Part shown: in pieces, positions 1 through 9,601 of the stretch
How positions within the stretch are numbered: the first letter of the stretch is position 1
Layout: each line of letters begins with the position of its first letter
NCBI GenBank assembly: GCA_963667725.2
Contig: CAXXHO010000005.1
Coordinates: 1,024,001 to 1,088,000 of the forward strand
DNA length: 64,000 nt
Origin: Treponemataceae bacterium
GTDB lineage: Bacteria; Spirochaetota; Spirochaetia; Treponematales; Rectinemataceae
Direction: 5' to 3'
Notes under the pieces: generated by a model
Told to the model about the DNA's origin: nothing
What the model saw: the letters and a program-made list of their open reading frames with translations, nothing else
Database searches by the model: none
Translations under genes and position numbers: made by a program

Positions 1-143
1 AGTTGACTACCTATGAAGCTTCGAAAATGTGGCGAATTCTCAACGACAACATTCAGTCGGCCATAGTCGGTGACGCTACTCCGGCTCAGGCGCTCAAGAA
101 TGCCCAGAAACAGGCTGAAGACGCCCTGAAACGCTATCAGTGA
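1..143 (+). CDS. 3' end of an ABC sugar/glycerophosphate substrate-binding protein (partial, starts before window)
   Basis: Frame 3 is open from the window start: LTTYEASKMWRILNDNIQSAIVGDATPAQALKNAQKQAEDALKRYQ*, a typical SBP family 1 C-terminus; followed by two ABC permeases. Confidence 0.8.
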   Translation, partial: LTTYEASKMWRILNDNIQSAIVGDATPAQALKNAQKQAEDALKRYQ

Positions 144-174
144 TTTTCTTCGCGCATCGAACGGTCTAGAATGG

Positions 175-220
175 GAATGCAAGCGGCAAGGCTGAAAGAC
201 TCTGCCGCTTTGCATTCTTT
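175..220 (+). terminator. Stem-loop after the SBP gene (terminator or mRNA-stabilising hairpin)
   Basis: GAATGCAAGCGGCA (175-188) pairs with TGCCGCTTTGCATTC (203-217, one bulge), followed by TTT. Confidence 0.6.
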
Positions 221-256
221 CATTATTCCAATACGCTTTTCATCCGGAGGACTACG

Positions 257-1165
257 GTGGCTCGGACCAGCAACGTTCGGAAAGGCCTTTCCAAGCAGCT
301 TGAAATTGACTTAAAGGCCTGGCTCTTTATCGCTCCGGCCCTCGCTTTCATACTGACTTTTACGGTGTATCCGATCCTGCGGAGCCTTTGGCTCGGCATG
401 AACCAGCTCGAGATGGGGATGCCTAAACCCTACTTCGTCGGATTTCAGAATTATGTACAGCTGGCGTCGGAACCCCTGTTCTGGAAGGTGATGCGGAACT
501 CCTTCGCTTTTTCTCTTCTCACCGTCCTCCCGAGCATGGCATTGGGCATCGGTCTGGCTATAATCGTGAACAAGAAAATCAGGGGGGTCGGCTTTCTCCG
601 GACCGCTTATTTTTATCCCGCGGTTATGCCCATGATCGCCATAGCGAGTACGTGGATGTTCATTTATATGGCTCAGTACGGCATGCTGGACCAGCTTCTC
701 GCCAGCCTCGGCCTTAAGTCGCTCAACGTTCTCTCAAGCAAGAAGACCGTTCTTCCCGCCTTGTCGCTGATGTATATATGGAAAGAAGCGGGCTACCTGA
801 TGATCTTTTTCCTTTCCGGGCTCCAGAACATTTCGACCGAAATTTATGAGGCCGCCAAGATCGACGGAGCCAGGCCCTGGACGACTTTCCGCAAGATCAC
901 CCTGCCGCTGCTCGCCCCGACGATGCTATTCGTCTCCACGATCGCGCTGACCAACAGTCTCAAGCTCGTCGATCACATAGTCATCATGACCGAGGGAGCG
1001 CCGAACAACGCGAGCACCCTCCTCCTCTATTATATTTACCAACAGGGTTTCATCTATTTCGACCAGGGCAAGGCATCGTCGCTGACCGTGATCATGCTCG
1101 TCATAATGCTTACCGTCTCGATGCTGCAGTTCATCAAGACGGACACGAAAATTTACTACAACTGA
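257..1165 (+). CDS. Carbohydrate ABC transporter permease (UgpA/MalF-like)
   Basis: GGAGG RBS before GTG; six hydrophobic segments; EAA loop EIYEAAKIDGA. Confidence 0.92.
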   Translation: MARTSNVRKGLSKQLEIDLKAWLFIAPALAFILTFTVYPILRSLWLGMNQLEMGMPKPYFVGFQNYVQLASEPLFWKVMRNSFAFSLLTVLPSMALGIGLAIIVNKKIRGVGFLRTAYFYPAVMPMIAIASTWMFIYMAQYGMLDQLLASLGLKSLNVLSSKKTVLPALSLMYIWKEAGYLMIFFLSGLQNISTEIYEAAKIDGARPWTTFRKITLPLLAPTMLFVSTIALTNSLKLVDHIVIMTEGAPNNASTLLLYYIYQQGFIYFDQGKASSLTVIMLVIMLTVSMLQFIKTDTKIYYN

Positions 1166-1176
1166 GGAGGCGGATC

Positions 1177-1989
1177 TTGAAAAAGAATGAGAATATAATC
1201 CCCGCCACCCTCGGGTTCATCCTGGCTTTCGTCTGGCTCGTGCCTCTCGTGTGGCTGATCGGCACCGCCTTTTCCAAGGCGAGCTTCGCGATGTCCTTGG
1301 TGCCCAATTCGGGCTTCACGCTGGATAATATTATTTACGTATGGCAGAACGTTCCATTCGGCAAATACTACATGAACACGATCCTGATCGTCGTCGTCAC
1401 TTTCTCCGTCCAGTGCGTCACCGGCACGCTCGCGGCCTATGCGCTGGCGACGATGAAGTTCAGGGGCGAAAAGCTTGTCTTCCTCATAATATTCATCCAG
1501 ATCATCATACCGAATGACGTGCTCATCATCCCGAATTACCGAACGTTGAGCGATCTTAAACTGACCGACACGAAGCTGGGCATCATGCTGCCTTTCTTCG
1601 GCAGCGCCTTCGGTATTTTCCTTTTGCGGCAGACATTCAAGACTATTCCTCTGGCTTTGTCCGAGGCGGCGATAATCGATGGCTGCAGCACGTTGCAGAT
1701 CATCCGGAACATCTATCTGCCGAGTTCGAAAGCCGCCTATATATCCTTTGGCCTCGTCTCCGTGAGCTATCACTGGAATAATTTCCTGTGGCCGCTCATC
1801 GTGACCAATTCGCCCGAAAACAGGACGCTTACCGTCGGTTTGGCGCTCTTCGCCAAGTCCAAGGAAGCGGTGATGCAATGGGCCAATGTCTGCGCGGCCA
1901 CTTTCATCATAATTTTTCCGCTTGTCTTAGCGTTTTTCATCTTCCAGAAAAAATTCATAAACAGCTTCGTGAGCTCAGGCATTAAGTGA
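1177..1989 (+). CDS. Carbohydrate ABC transporter permease (UgpE/MalG-like)
   Basis: GAGGAGG RBS before TTG; EAAIIDG loop; WNNFLWPL motif. Confidence 0.92.
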   Translation: MKKNENIIPATLGFILAFVWLVPLVWLIGTAFSKASFAMSLVPNSGFTLDNIIYVWQNVPFGKYYMNTILIVVVTFSVQCVTGTLAAYALATMKFRGEKLVFLIIFIQIIIPNDVLIIPNYRTLSDLKLTDTKLGIMLPFFGSAFGIFLLRQTFKTIPLALSEAAIIDGCSTLQIIRNIYLPSSKAAYISFGLVSVSYHWNNFLWPLIVTNSPENRTLTVGLALFAKSKEAVMQWANVCAATFIIIFPLVLAFFIFQKKFINSFVSSGIK

Positions 1990-2007
1990 GCAAAAAAAGG
2001 ATCGGAT

Positions 2008-2709
2008 ATGGAGCTTGAATTCCTGGGATCAGGGGCAGCCTTCAACCCCATAATGGAGAATTCCAACGCGTATTTTCTGGCGGGCAATCGCTTCTTTCTC
2101 CTGGATTGCGGAGAGACGGCTTTCGGCAAGATATGGAGTCTTCCGGCGTACGTTGAGAGCGAAGAAGTCGTGGCGCTCATCACCCACCTGCACGCCGACC
2201 ATGTCGGCAGCCTCGGCTCCCTCATTTCCTACAGCTATTATGTCATGAAAAAGCCCGTGACCGTCGCCCATCCGCTGGATACCATCGTTCAACTTCTCGA
2301 TATTCTGGGGATAGATCGCGTCTGCTACCGCTTCCGGAAGCTGGAACAGGGGGAAACGGCGGAATTCGGGGGTGGCGTATCGGCAAAGCCTCTCATGGTG
2401 GATCATGTGGCCAACATGACCTGTTTCGGATACCTCCTATCGGATGAAGTCGAGAACATTTACTTCAGCGGGGACGCCAAATCGCTGCCGGGCGAAGTGC
2501 TTGAAGGATTGGCCAGCGGGAAGATCGATCGAGCCTACCAGGACACGAGCAACACGTTGAGCGATCATCCTACCCACGCGACCTTGGATTATCTGGAAAG
2601 GCTCATCCCCGAAAAATCGCGTGGCAAGGTGTACTGCATTCATCTGGACTACGATTACCGCGATCTCCTGGTTCGGAAGGGATTCAAAGTCGTCAACGTC
2701 AAGTTTTAA
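2008..2709 (+). CDS. Metallo-beta-lactamase-fold hydrolase (RNase Z/phosphodiesterase-like)
   Basis: FLGSGAAF start, LLDCG, THLHADH metal motif, YFSGD, C-terminal His residues. Confidence 0.85.
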   Translation: MELEFLGSGAAFNPIMENSNAYFLAGNRFFLLDCGETAFGKIWSLPAYVESEEVVALITHLHADHVGSLGSLISYSYYVMKKPVTVAHPLDTIVQLLDILGIDRVCYRFRKLEQGETAEFGGGVSAKPLMVDHVANMTCFGYLLSDEVENIYFSGDAKSLPGEVLEGLASGKIDRAYQDTSNTLSDHPTHATLDYLERLIPEKSRGKVYCIHLDYDYRDLLVRKGFKVVNVKF

Positions 2710-2713
2710 TCGA

Positions 2714-4900
2714 TCAGCGCCTGAACTGCTTCTCGTAAGTCTTTCGCGCCTTCTCGAGAGCCTCCGTCGACGAGAGGGCGCCGTTATAGGCGTTTTTCAC
2801 TTCAAGGCCCAGGATTCCAAGAAATCGCCGCTCGTCGAAAGGCGAAAAATCCGTAAAAGGCGTTCTCTGATTGGCCGAGAGGGCGAAGCAATCCTTGGCC
2901 AGGTCGAGCCAGGGATAGCTGTCGATGATCTCATAGTTTTCGTAGGACTTCCCGCAAGCGGAAACGCTTCCCAGCAACATCGACGCGGAGGAAATCGGCT
3001 CGCTCGACAGCCAGCGAATGAATGACAGAGCCAGCTCCGGATTCTTGCTGAAGCGCGAAACGCCGAGAGATCCGCCGCCTATGATCGGGCTTCCTCCAGG
3101 GACAAGAGCATAGCCTATCCGATTCACTACCTTGGAATTCCGGTTGAGGATATCAGACGCGAAATTGCTGTAGAGGATAGTCATCGCGACATTCCCTTCG
3201 CTGAATTCCATGGCCGCGTGCGTCCACCAGGGGCAGGGGACGGGCTTGGCGTACTGCCTGGCCTCGACGAGAGCGTCCAGCGCCATCCTGGCATTTTCCG
3301 TATCGAGAAGGAGCCGGCCGCCATCGTCGAAAAGATTCCTGGTGAGGCTGAAATAGCGCGTTAGGAATTCGGTGCCCGCGACGCCGGTGCTCCCGAGGGT
3401 TACCGTCGTGCCGTAATCGACGGGAGACTGCGCGTTGAACGATTTAGTGAAGAATCGCGCAACGCGGTTGTACTCCTCGAAGGTTGTTGGCGGGGCAAGG
3501 GGGTGCCGATAGGTCTCCTGATAAAGGCGCTTCAGGACGGTGCTTTCGAAAAGATCTTTCCTGTAGAAGAGGACCTGCGCGCTCGGGGAGATAGGGATCG
3601 CGTAGAACTTATCCTTGACGAAAAAATACTGTTTGCTGATTCCGCCGACGAAACTGTCGGGAGCCGAGGGTATCGATGGCGAAATATCCTGGAGGGGAAG
3701 TAGTATGCGACCCGCGAACCACGACAGCCATGTGACGTCGAGGCGCAGGACATCGTAAATGCTGGAATCATCCATACCCGAAAGGATCTCATGGATCTCG
3801 TCATATGATGACACCGACACATTCACCTTGATGCCAGTCGATTGAGTGTAGAGGAGAGCGAGATACTTCATGGCCGAAGCCTCGGGACTGTCCAAAGTGA
3901 GAAAGTTGATGCAATTGCCGTTATTGCGCGCGGCCGGCTTTGGGGCCGCCCAATCGCGAAACCCTGAGTTTTCGAGAATGACGCGATGTTCGGCCGTGCG
4001 ATGCCCGATATGAGAGATTAGAAGGTCGGCCGCGCGCTTGCCCATGAGGCGATAGTTGAGCTCGTACTTGATGAAATTCGGCTCGGGCATGGTGAAGAGC
4101 GGGGAGACAGTGTGAATTTTCGTGGTTGCCGGGCTGTAAAATGTTTTTAGTACATCGCGTATCGTATCGGCGAATCCAAAGTTCGATACGAAAACGCCTT
4201 CAGGACAGTCGTGGTCGAAGAGCTGCATCGCGTTCTGGTTCCGCCTGAACTGATCGGTCTGCATGTGACTGACGCTGACGCTTCTCTCGCCGCTGAAAAC
4301 GGCCATGAAGGCAGAGTAAAAATCCCTCTCGTTCGAAAATCCGAGGTTGTCGGTAACGAGCGCGAGCGATTTCATGCCTTGGCGCAGCGCGTACTCGGCC
4401 AAGGCCTTCCCGCTTTTTCCGTAATCGAAACCTATATAATTGCTGGGCTCATTCTGGCTTCGCTCGATGTAAAGGATGGAAGAATCATCGAACCCCGCCC
4501 TGCGATAATCCGCGATCATCTCGCTCGAACTGGGAAAGGCGACGATGCCCCTGGCCATGCTGGAACGGGCTTGGGTAATCATCCTGCGCTCGGTCTCAGG
4601 ATTATCGTTGGAGAGGTAGAGAAGTGTGGAGTAGCCTTTGCTCTTGGAAAAAGAGGTAAAGCTGCGGTAGAAATCGACATATTGCCTGAAGCGGATATTG
4701 GGCAGAATAACGGCGAAAATCCGGCTGTTGCCTTGCCGGAGCAGTTTTGCGCGCTCGTTGATCGCGTAGCCCAAGGCTGAGGCGGCAGCCTCCACAAGGC
4801 GGATCTTTTCGCTCGATACATTGCCTTTGCCGTTGATTACGTTAGAGACGGTTCCTTGGGAGACGCCCGCTTTCTTGGCTATGTCTTTTATTGTCGCCAT
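2714..4900 (-). CDS. LacI-family regulator fused to a C-terminal sugar-binding (SBP family 1) domain
   Basis: ATIKDIAKKAGVSQGTVSNVING HTH; LacI sensor region; then YDVLRLDVTW, LFYRKDLF, PTTFEEY, GGGSLGVS SBP-like motifs; ATG 4900 has a GGAG RBS. Confidence 0.85.
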   Translation of the reverse strand: MATIKDIAKKAGVSQGTVSNVINGKGNVSSEKIRLVEAAASALGYAINERAKLLRQGNSRIFAVILPNIRFRQYVDFYRSFTSFSKSKGYSTLLYLSNDNPETERRMITQARSSMARGIVAFPSSSEMIADYRRAGFDDSSILYIERSQNEPSNYIGFDYGKSGKALAEYALRQGMKSLALVTDNLGFSNERDFYSAFMAVFSGERSVSVSHMQTDQFRRNQNAMQLFDHDCPEGVFVSNFGFADTIRDVLKTFYSPATTKIHTVSPLFTMPEPNFIKYELNYRLMGKRAADLLISHIGHRTAEHRVILENSGFRDWAAPKPAARNNGNCINFLTLDSPEASAMKYLALLYTQSTGIKVNVSVSSYDEIHEILSGMDDSSIYDVLRLDVTWLSWFAGRILLPLQDISPSIPSAPDSFVGGISKQYFFVKDKFYAIPISPSAQVLFYRKDLFESTVLKRLYQETYRHPLAPPTTFEEYNRVARFFTKSFNAQSPVDYGTTVTLGSTGVAGTEFLTRYFSLTRNLFDDGGRLLLDTENARMALDALVEARQYAKPVPCPWWTHAAMEFSEGNVAMTILYSNFASDILNRNSKVVNRIGYALVPGGSPIIGGGSLGVSRFSKNPELALSFIRWLSSEPISSASMLLGSVSACGKSYENYEIIDSYPWLDLAKDCFALSANQRTPFTDFSPFDERRFLGILGLEVKNAYNGALSSTEALEKARKTYEKQFRR

Positions 4901-5011
4901 GGATCGCTCCAAATGTTGATCAGCATGCCCAATTATACCCTAAAAATGGGCTCTGTGGGTCGTGGAGTTTTTGGCAACGCGGAATTTGAAGATGAAGCAA
5001 GGCTTATGCCG

Positions 5012-7717
5012 CTATCGGTTTTCTTCGAGGGAATATCCTCTCTCGCGAAACAAGCGCAGGCAGCTGTCGACAACATCGCTGTCGTAGAGGACTCCCCTGT
5101 TCTTCTCGATTTCTTTCAGGGCGGCATCGATGCCCAGCGCGGGGCGATAGGGACGATACGAAGCCATTGCTTCCACGACATCGGCAACCGCTAAAATCCG
5201 GGATTCCATGAGCGATTGATCCCCGGTCAACCTGTTCGGATATCCTGACCCATTCATCCGTTCATGATGCTCGAGGACGATGCGCGCGATCGGCCATGGA
5301 AATTCAATATCCTTCAGGATGTCGTAGCCTGCCTGAGCGTGAATCTTAATCAGCTCGAATTCAATCGCCAGCAATTTTTTGGGTTTCGTGAGAATTTCGA
5401 CGGGAACGGAAACCTTTCCGAGATCATGGATTGAGGCAGCCAGACGAAGTCCTTCGATTCGATCCTCGGGAAGGCCCATTTCAAGGGCTATGGACTGGGC
5501 AAGATTCGATACGCGGCTCTGATGGCCCGCCGTATAAGGATCTCTCGCTTCCACGGTCGCGGAAATGGCGTAGACCGTCGCGCCCAAGGCTTCCCGCAAT
5601 CGTTCTGTGCTCAACTGTCGGTCGGTGATATCTTCGCAGAATCCTTCGTAATGAAGAATTTTCCCCTTATTGTCCCGAACGGCATGCTGATCTATCGATA
5701 CCCAGATGACTTTTTTGTCCTTTCTCCGATATTGGCATATATAACCCTTCACCGCTTCGCGCTCGTCGATCTCCTTGAGCAGTTTTTCGCGAGCGTCAGG
5801 GTCAACGTAAATATCCTGTGCCATGTTTTTGATTTTCGATACGAGTTCTTTAGAGGATTTGAAGCCCAGCATGGTCGCCATGGCCTTGTTGGCGGTCAGG
5901 AATTTACCGGCTTTGTTCGACTGGAAGATACCTTCCTGGGCGTTGTCGAAAATATTCCTGTATTTTCCTTCCGTTCTGAACAGAGCCTCCGTCAACCGCT
6001 TTGCCTCCAGGATTTTCCAAACGGAATCCATCAACAACGTCAGTTGCCGTACATCCGAACTGTTGTAATCGGTTGTCTTGTTCGCCACTCCCACCACGGC
6101 CACGATCCGATCGCCAGAGAATACTGGAACCGTCAGGTACTTGTGGATACGCGCATGACCCTCGGGATAGCCTTTTTTCAGAGGATGAGGCGACTGGAAA
6201 TCATTGACGATGAATGGTTTGGCTTGCCTTACCGCTTCGCCCCAAATTCCCGTCCTGTCGAGCTGAGAGATCGTCGGCGAGTCGCCGATGCCGCATTCCC
6301 CTTTTACTCCCTTCGACCAAGTGTTGAGGGTGAACTCTTTGCGTTGATCATTGTAAAGGTAGATATACCCGAGTACGCTGTCCGTCAGCTCGATCGCTTC
6401 CTCAAGGGCGAAGTCGAGGAGCGACTGGATCGATTTTGCCTTATACTGAGCTATTCGCAAAAGACCTTCCAGTCTCGCCTCGTTTCGGAGGATTTCCTCC
6501 TCGTTTCGCTTGCGCTCGGAGATGTCGTGCGATACGCCATGCAATCCAACAATCGTTCCCTTCCCGTCGTGTATAAAAGCGATATTCATGGATACCCAGA
6601 AGGTATTGCCATCGGCGCGAAGACTTTTTACTTCCAGGCGTCGAGATCGAGCTTTGTCGACGTCCGGGTCCTTCTCCTTTTCAAGTTCCTCGGTTAATGC
6701 CTTTCTCAATTGTTCGAGCGAATCCACAGGGAATCTTTCCTCCAGGGACCGGCCCATATAAATTTCCGCGGACTCTCCGTACATCTTTTTTGCCGATGGA
6801 CTTATATAGGTAATTTTAAGGGCCAGATCCGAAGTCCAGACCACATCGGCGATAGTCTCGGTGATGAGCTTATATTTCTGCTCGCTTTCCCGAAGCGATT
6901 GCTCGGCCTTTTTATACTCGGTAATGTCCTGGTTCACCCCATAGGTTTTGAGCGTTCTTCCCTCGGCATCCTTGACGGTGTAGATGCGTACGGCTATGTC
7001 TCCCGCCGTCCCGTCCTTGTAGAGCATTCGATGTTCTATCTGACTGCTAAAATGAGGATCCTTGGTATCGATGGCTTTCCGCGTCTCTTTCGCCACGATG
7101 GCGATATCATCGGGATGCACGAACTTTCGCGCATAATCGGCGGACTTCATGGTGTATCCGCCTTCCTTTTCGGCTGTCGTCTTGAAAAGCTTATAGAATT
7201 GATCGTTGAAGGTGAAAAGATCGCCGGGAACATCATAGACCCAATGACCCAGGTGAGCGATTTCGAGGGCGTTGGAAAGCTGGGCTCTGCTGGCCTTGAG
7301 CTCTTCGAGGACCTTTCTATGCTCTTCCCTGACTACTTTTTCCTGGAGTTCTCTTTCCACGGCGGGAACGAGACGCTGGAGGTGGCCTTTCATGATGTAG
7401 TCATGGGCTCCAGCCTTCAAGGCTCCAATCGCCGTCTCTTCCCCGATCGCTCCCGAGACGATGATGAAGGGAATATCCAGAGCGGTCTCCCTTAAAAGCG
7501 CGAGGGCTTCCATTCCGCTGAACTGGGGAAGCTTATAATCGGAAACCACGCAGTCCCAGGACGATTCCTTTAGCGCCGATCGCATGGCGACCGCCGAATC
7601 TATGCGTTTGAAAACCAGCTCATAACCGCCTTCCGCCAGCGCGTGCTGGATTATAGCGGCGTCGTCCTCAGAATCTTCGATATTTAAAACGCATAGCATT
7701 CTTCCCATCGATGGCAC
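5012..7717 (-). CDS. Response regulator receiver-PAS-PAS-GAF-PAS-HD-GYP cyclic dinucleotide phosphodiesterase
   Basis: REC (IEDSEDD, VSDYKLP, DYIMK); PAS/PAC ends DITEYKK, DISERKR, DITDRQ; GAF (VAVVGVANK); RDPYTAGH, IHDLGK, HHERMNGSGYP, AVADVVEAM, RPYR. Confidence 0.92.
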   Translation of the reverse strand: MPSMGRMLCVLNIEDSEDDAAIIQHALAEGGYELVFKRIDSAVAMRSALKESSWDCVVSDYKLPQFSGMEALALLRETALDIPFIIVSGAIGEETAIGALKAGAHDYIMKGHLQRLVPAVERELQEKVVREEHRKVLEELKASRAQLSNALEIAHLGHWVYDVPGDLFTFNDQFYKLFKTTAEKEGGYTMKSADYARKFVHPDDIAIVAKETRKAIDTKDPHFSSQIEHRMLYKDGTAGDIAVRIYTVKDAEGRTLKTYGVNQDITEYKKAEQSLRESEQKYKLITETIADVVWTSDLALKITYISPSAKKMYGESAEIYMGRSLEERFPVDSLEQLRKALTEELEKEKDPDVDKARSRRLEVKSLRADGNTFWVSMNIAFIHDGKGTIVGLHGVSHDISERKRNEEEILRNEARLEGLLRIAQYKAKSIQSLLDFALEEAIELTDSVLGYIYLYNDQRKEFTLNTWSKGVKGECGIGDSPTISQLDRTGIWGEAVRQAKPFIVNDFQSPHPLKKGYPEGHARIHKYLTVPVFSGDRIVAVVGVANKTTDYNSSDVRQLTLLMDSVWKILEAKRLTEALFRTEGKYRNIFDNAQEGIFQSNKAGKFLTANKAMATMLGFKSSKELVSKIKNMAQDIYVDPDAREKLLKEIDEREAVKGYICQYRRKDKKVIWVSIDQHAVRDNKGKILHYEGFCEDITDRQLSTERLREALGATVYAISATVEARDPYTAGHQSRVSNLAQSIALEMGLPEDRIEGLRLAASIHDLGKVSVPVEILTKPKKLLAIEFELIKIHAQAGYDILKDIEFPWPIARIVLEHHERMNGSGYPNRLTGDQSLMESRILAVADVVEAMASYRPYRPALGIDAALKEIEKNRGVLYDSDVVDSCLRLFRERGYSLEENR

Positions 7718-7742
7718 CTGCCTTATCTCAATATACTAACTA

Positions 7743-8138
7743 TTGCCGATGGACTGTAATTCTTCCGGGAAAACGCCGCCAGGGCTAAAACTTGCTTGCG
7801 GCTGGTTTGTCGCGGCTTCGCTGCCGGCGCAGACGCCGCTGACCGAATCGCAGGCGTATAGAAAAGCGGAAGAATACCTGCTTCTTCATTTCCAGAATGA
7901 ATTCATGAAGACCGAAGATTTTAAGAGCAGGTTTGGCGAGATCGCATGGGAAGAGATTTCGCAGGACGTGATGGATTCCATGGATTTTGTGCGCGACAGG
8001 AAGGCGGAAAAAGAACTGTACCAGGATAAATCATATGCCTATATCGGGGACATGCTCGAACTGGAAATGCTAATCGACAGGATTGTGCTGGATAAGATTA
8101 CCGGCGAACTCAAGGACATCAAGATACTGTTCTGGTGA
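7743..8138 (+). CDS. Hypothetical protein (start uncertain)
   Basis: 131-aa ORF filling the gap between two genes; charged helical composition; no recognisable motif. Confidence 0.5.
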   Translation: MPMDCNSSGKTPPGLKLACGWFVAASLPAQTPLTESQAYRKAEEYLLLHFQNEFMKTEDFKSRFGEIAWEEISQDVMDSMDFVRDRKAEKELYQDKSYAYIGDMLELEMLIDRIVLDKITGELKDIKILFW

Positions 8139-8296
8139 AAGCATGATCATTGAACGTCCTATGCCACGATACTATCGCCCATGTGCCAAGCCTAAGTATC
8201 TTTGGATGTCTTCTTCGCTTCGACGATAGTCAAGGAATTTCCCGAAGGGCTCTTTTTTTCTTGACAGGAGCCCGAACGGCGGCAAAGATATCGGCC

Positions 8297-9568
8297 ATGG
8301 ATAGCAAAAAACGAAACCTGCGGGAAAAATTGAGGGCGAGAAAGATCGGAAGGCCGCCGCTGGTCCCTTATTTGGCGCTGGGGTACATCTGGAAGCTGCT
8401 GTTCGAGAAGAAGCTCAACGTTCACTACAACTATAAAATCGACCTCAAGGACTACAGGAAAGGTCCCTATATCGTCGTGAGCAACCACGCGTCGCGTCTC
8501 GACTATATTTACACCGGATGCGCTTTCCTGCCGTATAGGCTGAACTATGTCGCGGGCTACAACGAATTCTTCAGGTCGCATCTGGCCTTCATTTTCAGGA
8601 TGCTGCAGATAATTCCCAAGAAGAATTTCACGCCCGACCTCTACACGATCAAGGAAATGCACAGGATTATCGACAGGGGAGGCAAGGTCATCATTTTCCC
8701 CGAAGGGATGAGCTCGATAGGCGGCGGCAACCAGCCCTGCGCCATCGGTTCGGGCAAAATGCTGAAGCATTTCGGCGTGCCTGTCCTCGTGACGAAAATA
8801 TCGGGCGGCTATCTCACGAACACCAAGTATTGCCTGGATGAACGTCATGGAAAGGTCGAGGTCGTCATCGACAAGCTTTTCGGGCCCGAGGATCTCGCGA
8901 AGATGACCGAAGAGCAAATCGAGGATAGGCTGCACGCCGCCATACGAAACGACGATTACGCCTGGAACAAGGCGGCGCACGTTAAGTTCGACGGCAAGGG
9001 TCGGATGGCCCATAACATGCATCACCTTCTATACTGGTGTCCGAAGTGCGGCGCCGAGTTCGCGATGAGGGGCTCCGGCGACGTCATCGAGTGCCGCGCC
9101 TGCGGAAACGGCGCCACGGTGAACGATTATTACGATCTGATTCCGCTGGACGATACCTGCGTGATTCCCGAAACCCCGAAAGTCTGGTTCGATATGGAGC
9201 GGAAAAAGGAATGCGGAGAACTGCTGAAGGAGGGCTACGAGCTTCGGGAAAACGTGAAGCTGGGCGTTCTGCCCGGCGAGGAGCTCCTGAAGGACCAGAA
9301 GACCTCGGAAATCGTCGGCGCGGGCCAGCTGAGGCTCGACAGGCAGGGCCTGCACTACGAGGGCACTAGGGATGGCGGGCCTTTCGAGATACATATGCCG
9401 CCCGCCCTGCTGCCGACCTACGGCATGTGCACCGACGTGACCTTTTTCTCGACGTATTACAGGGATGAGTACTTCGAATTCATACCAGAGCGCGAATCCA
9501 CGGCCAAGTGGCTGCTGGCCACCGAGGAGAACCATCGTCTCTCGGGCGGCAAGTGGCGGGCGTTGTAG
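8297..9568 (+). CDS. PlsC-like lysophospholipid acyltransferase with C-terminal Zn-ribbon region
   Basis: NHASRLD (HxxxxD), IIFPEG, CPKC...CRAC; start placed at MDSKKR. Confidence 0.85.
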   Translation: MDSKKRNLREKLRARKIGRPPLVPYLALGYIWKLLFEKKLNVHYNYKIDLKDYRKGPYIVVSNHASRLDYIYTGCAFLPYRLNYVAGYNEFFRSHLAFIFRMLQIIPKKNFTPDLYTIKEMHRIIDRGGKVIIFPEGMSSIGGGNQPCAIGSGKMLKHFGVPVLVTKISGGYLTNTKYCLDERHGKVEVVIDKLFGPEDLAKMTEEQIEDRLHAAIRNDDYAWNKAAHVKFDGKGRMAHNMHHLLYWCPKCGAEFAMRGSGDVIECRACGNGATVNDYYDLIPLDDTCVIPETPKVWFDMERKKECGELLKEGYELRENVKLGVLPGEELLKDQKTSEIVGAGQLRLDRQGLHYEGTRDGGPFEIHMPPALLPTYGMCTDVTFFSTYYRDEYFEFIPERESTAKWLLATEENHRLSGGKWRAL

Positions 9569-9601
9569 GGGGTTTTGTCAGCGAGAATAGCCTTCGTTCA
9601 G

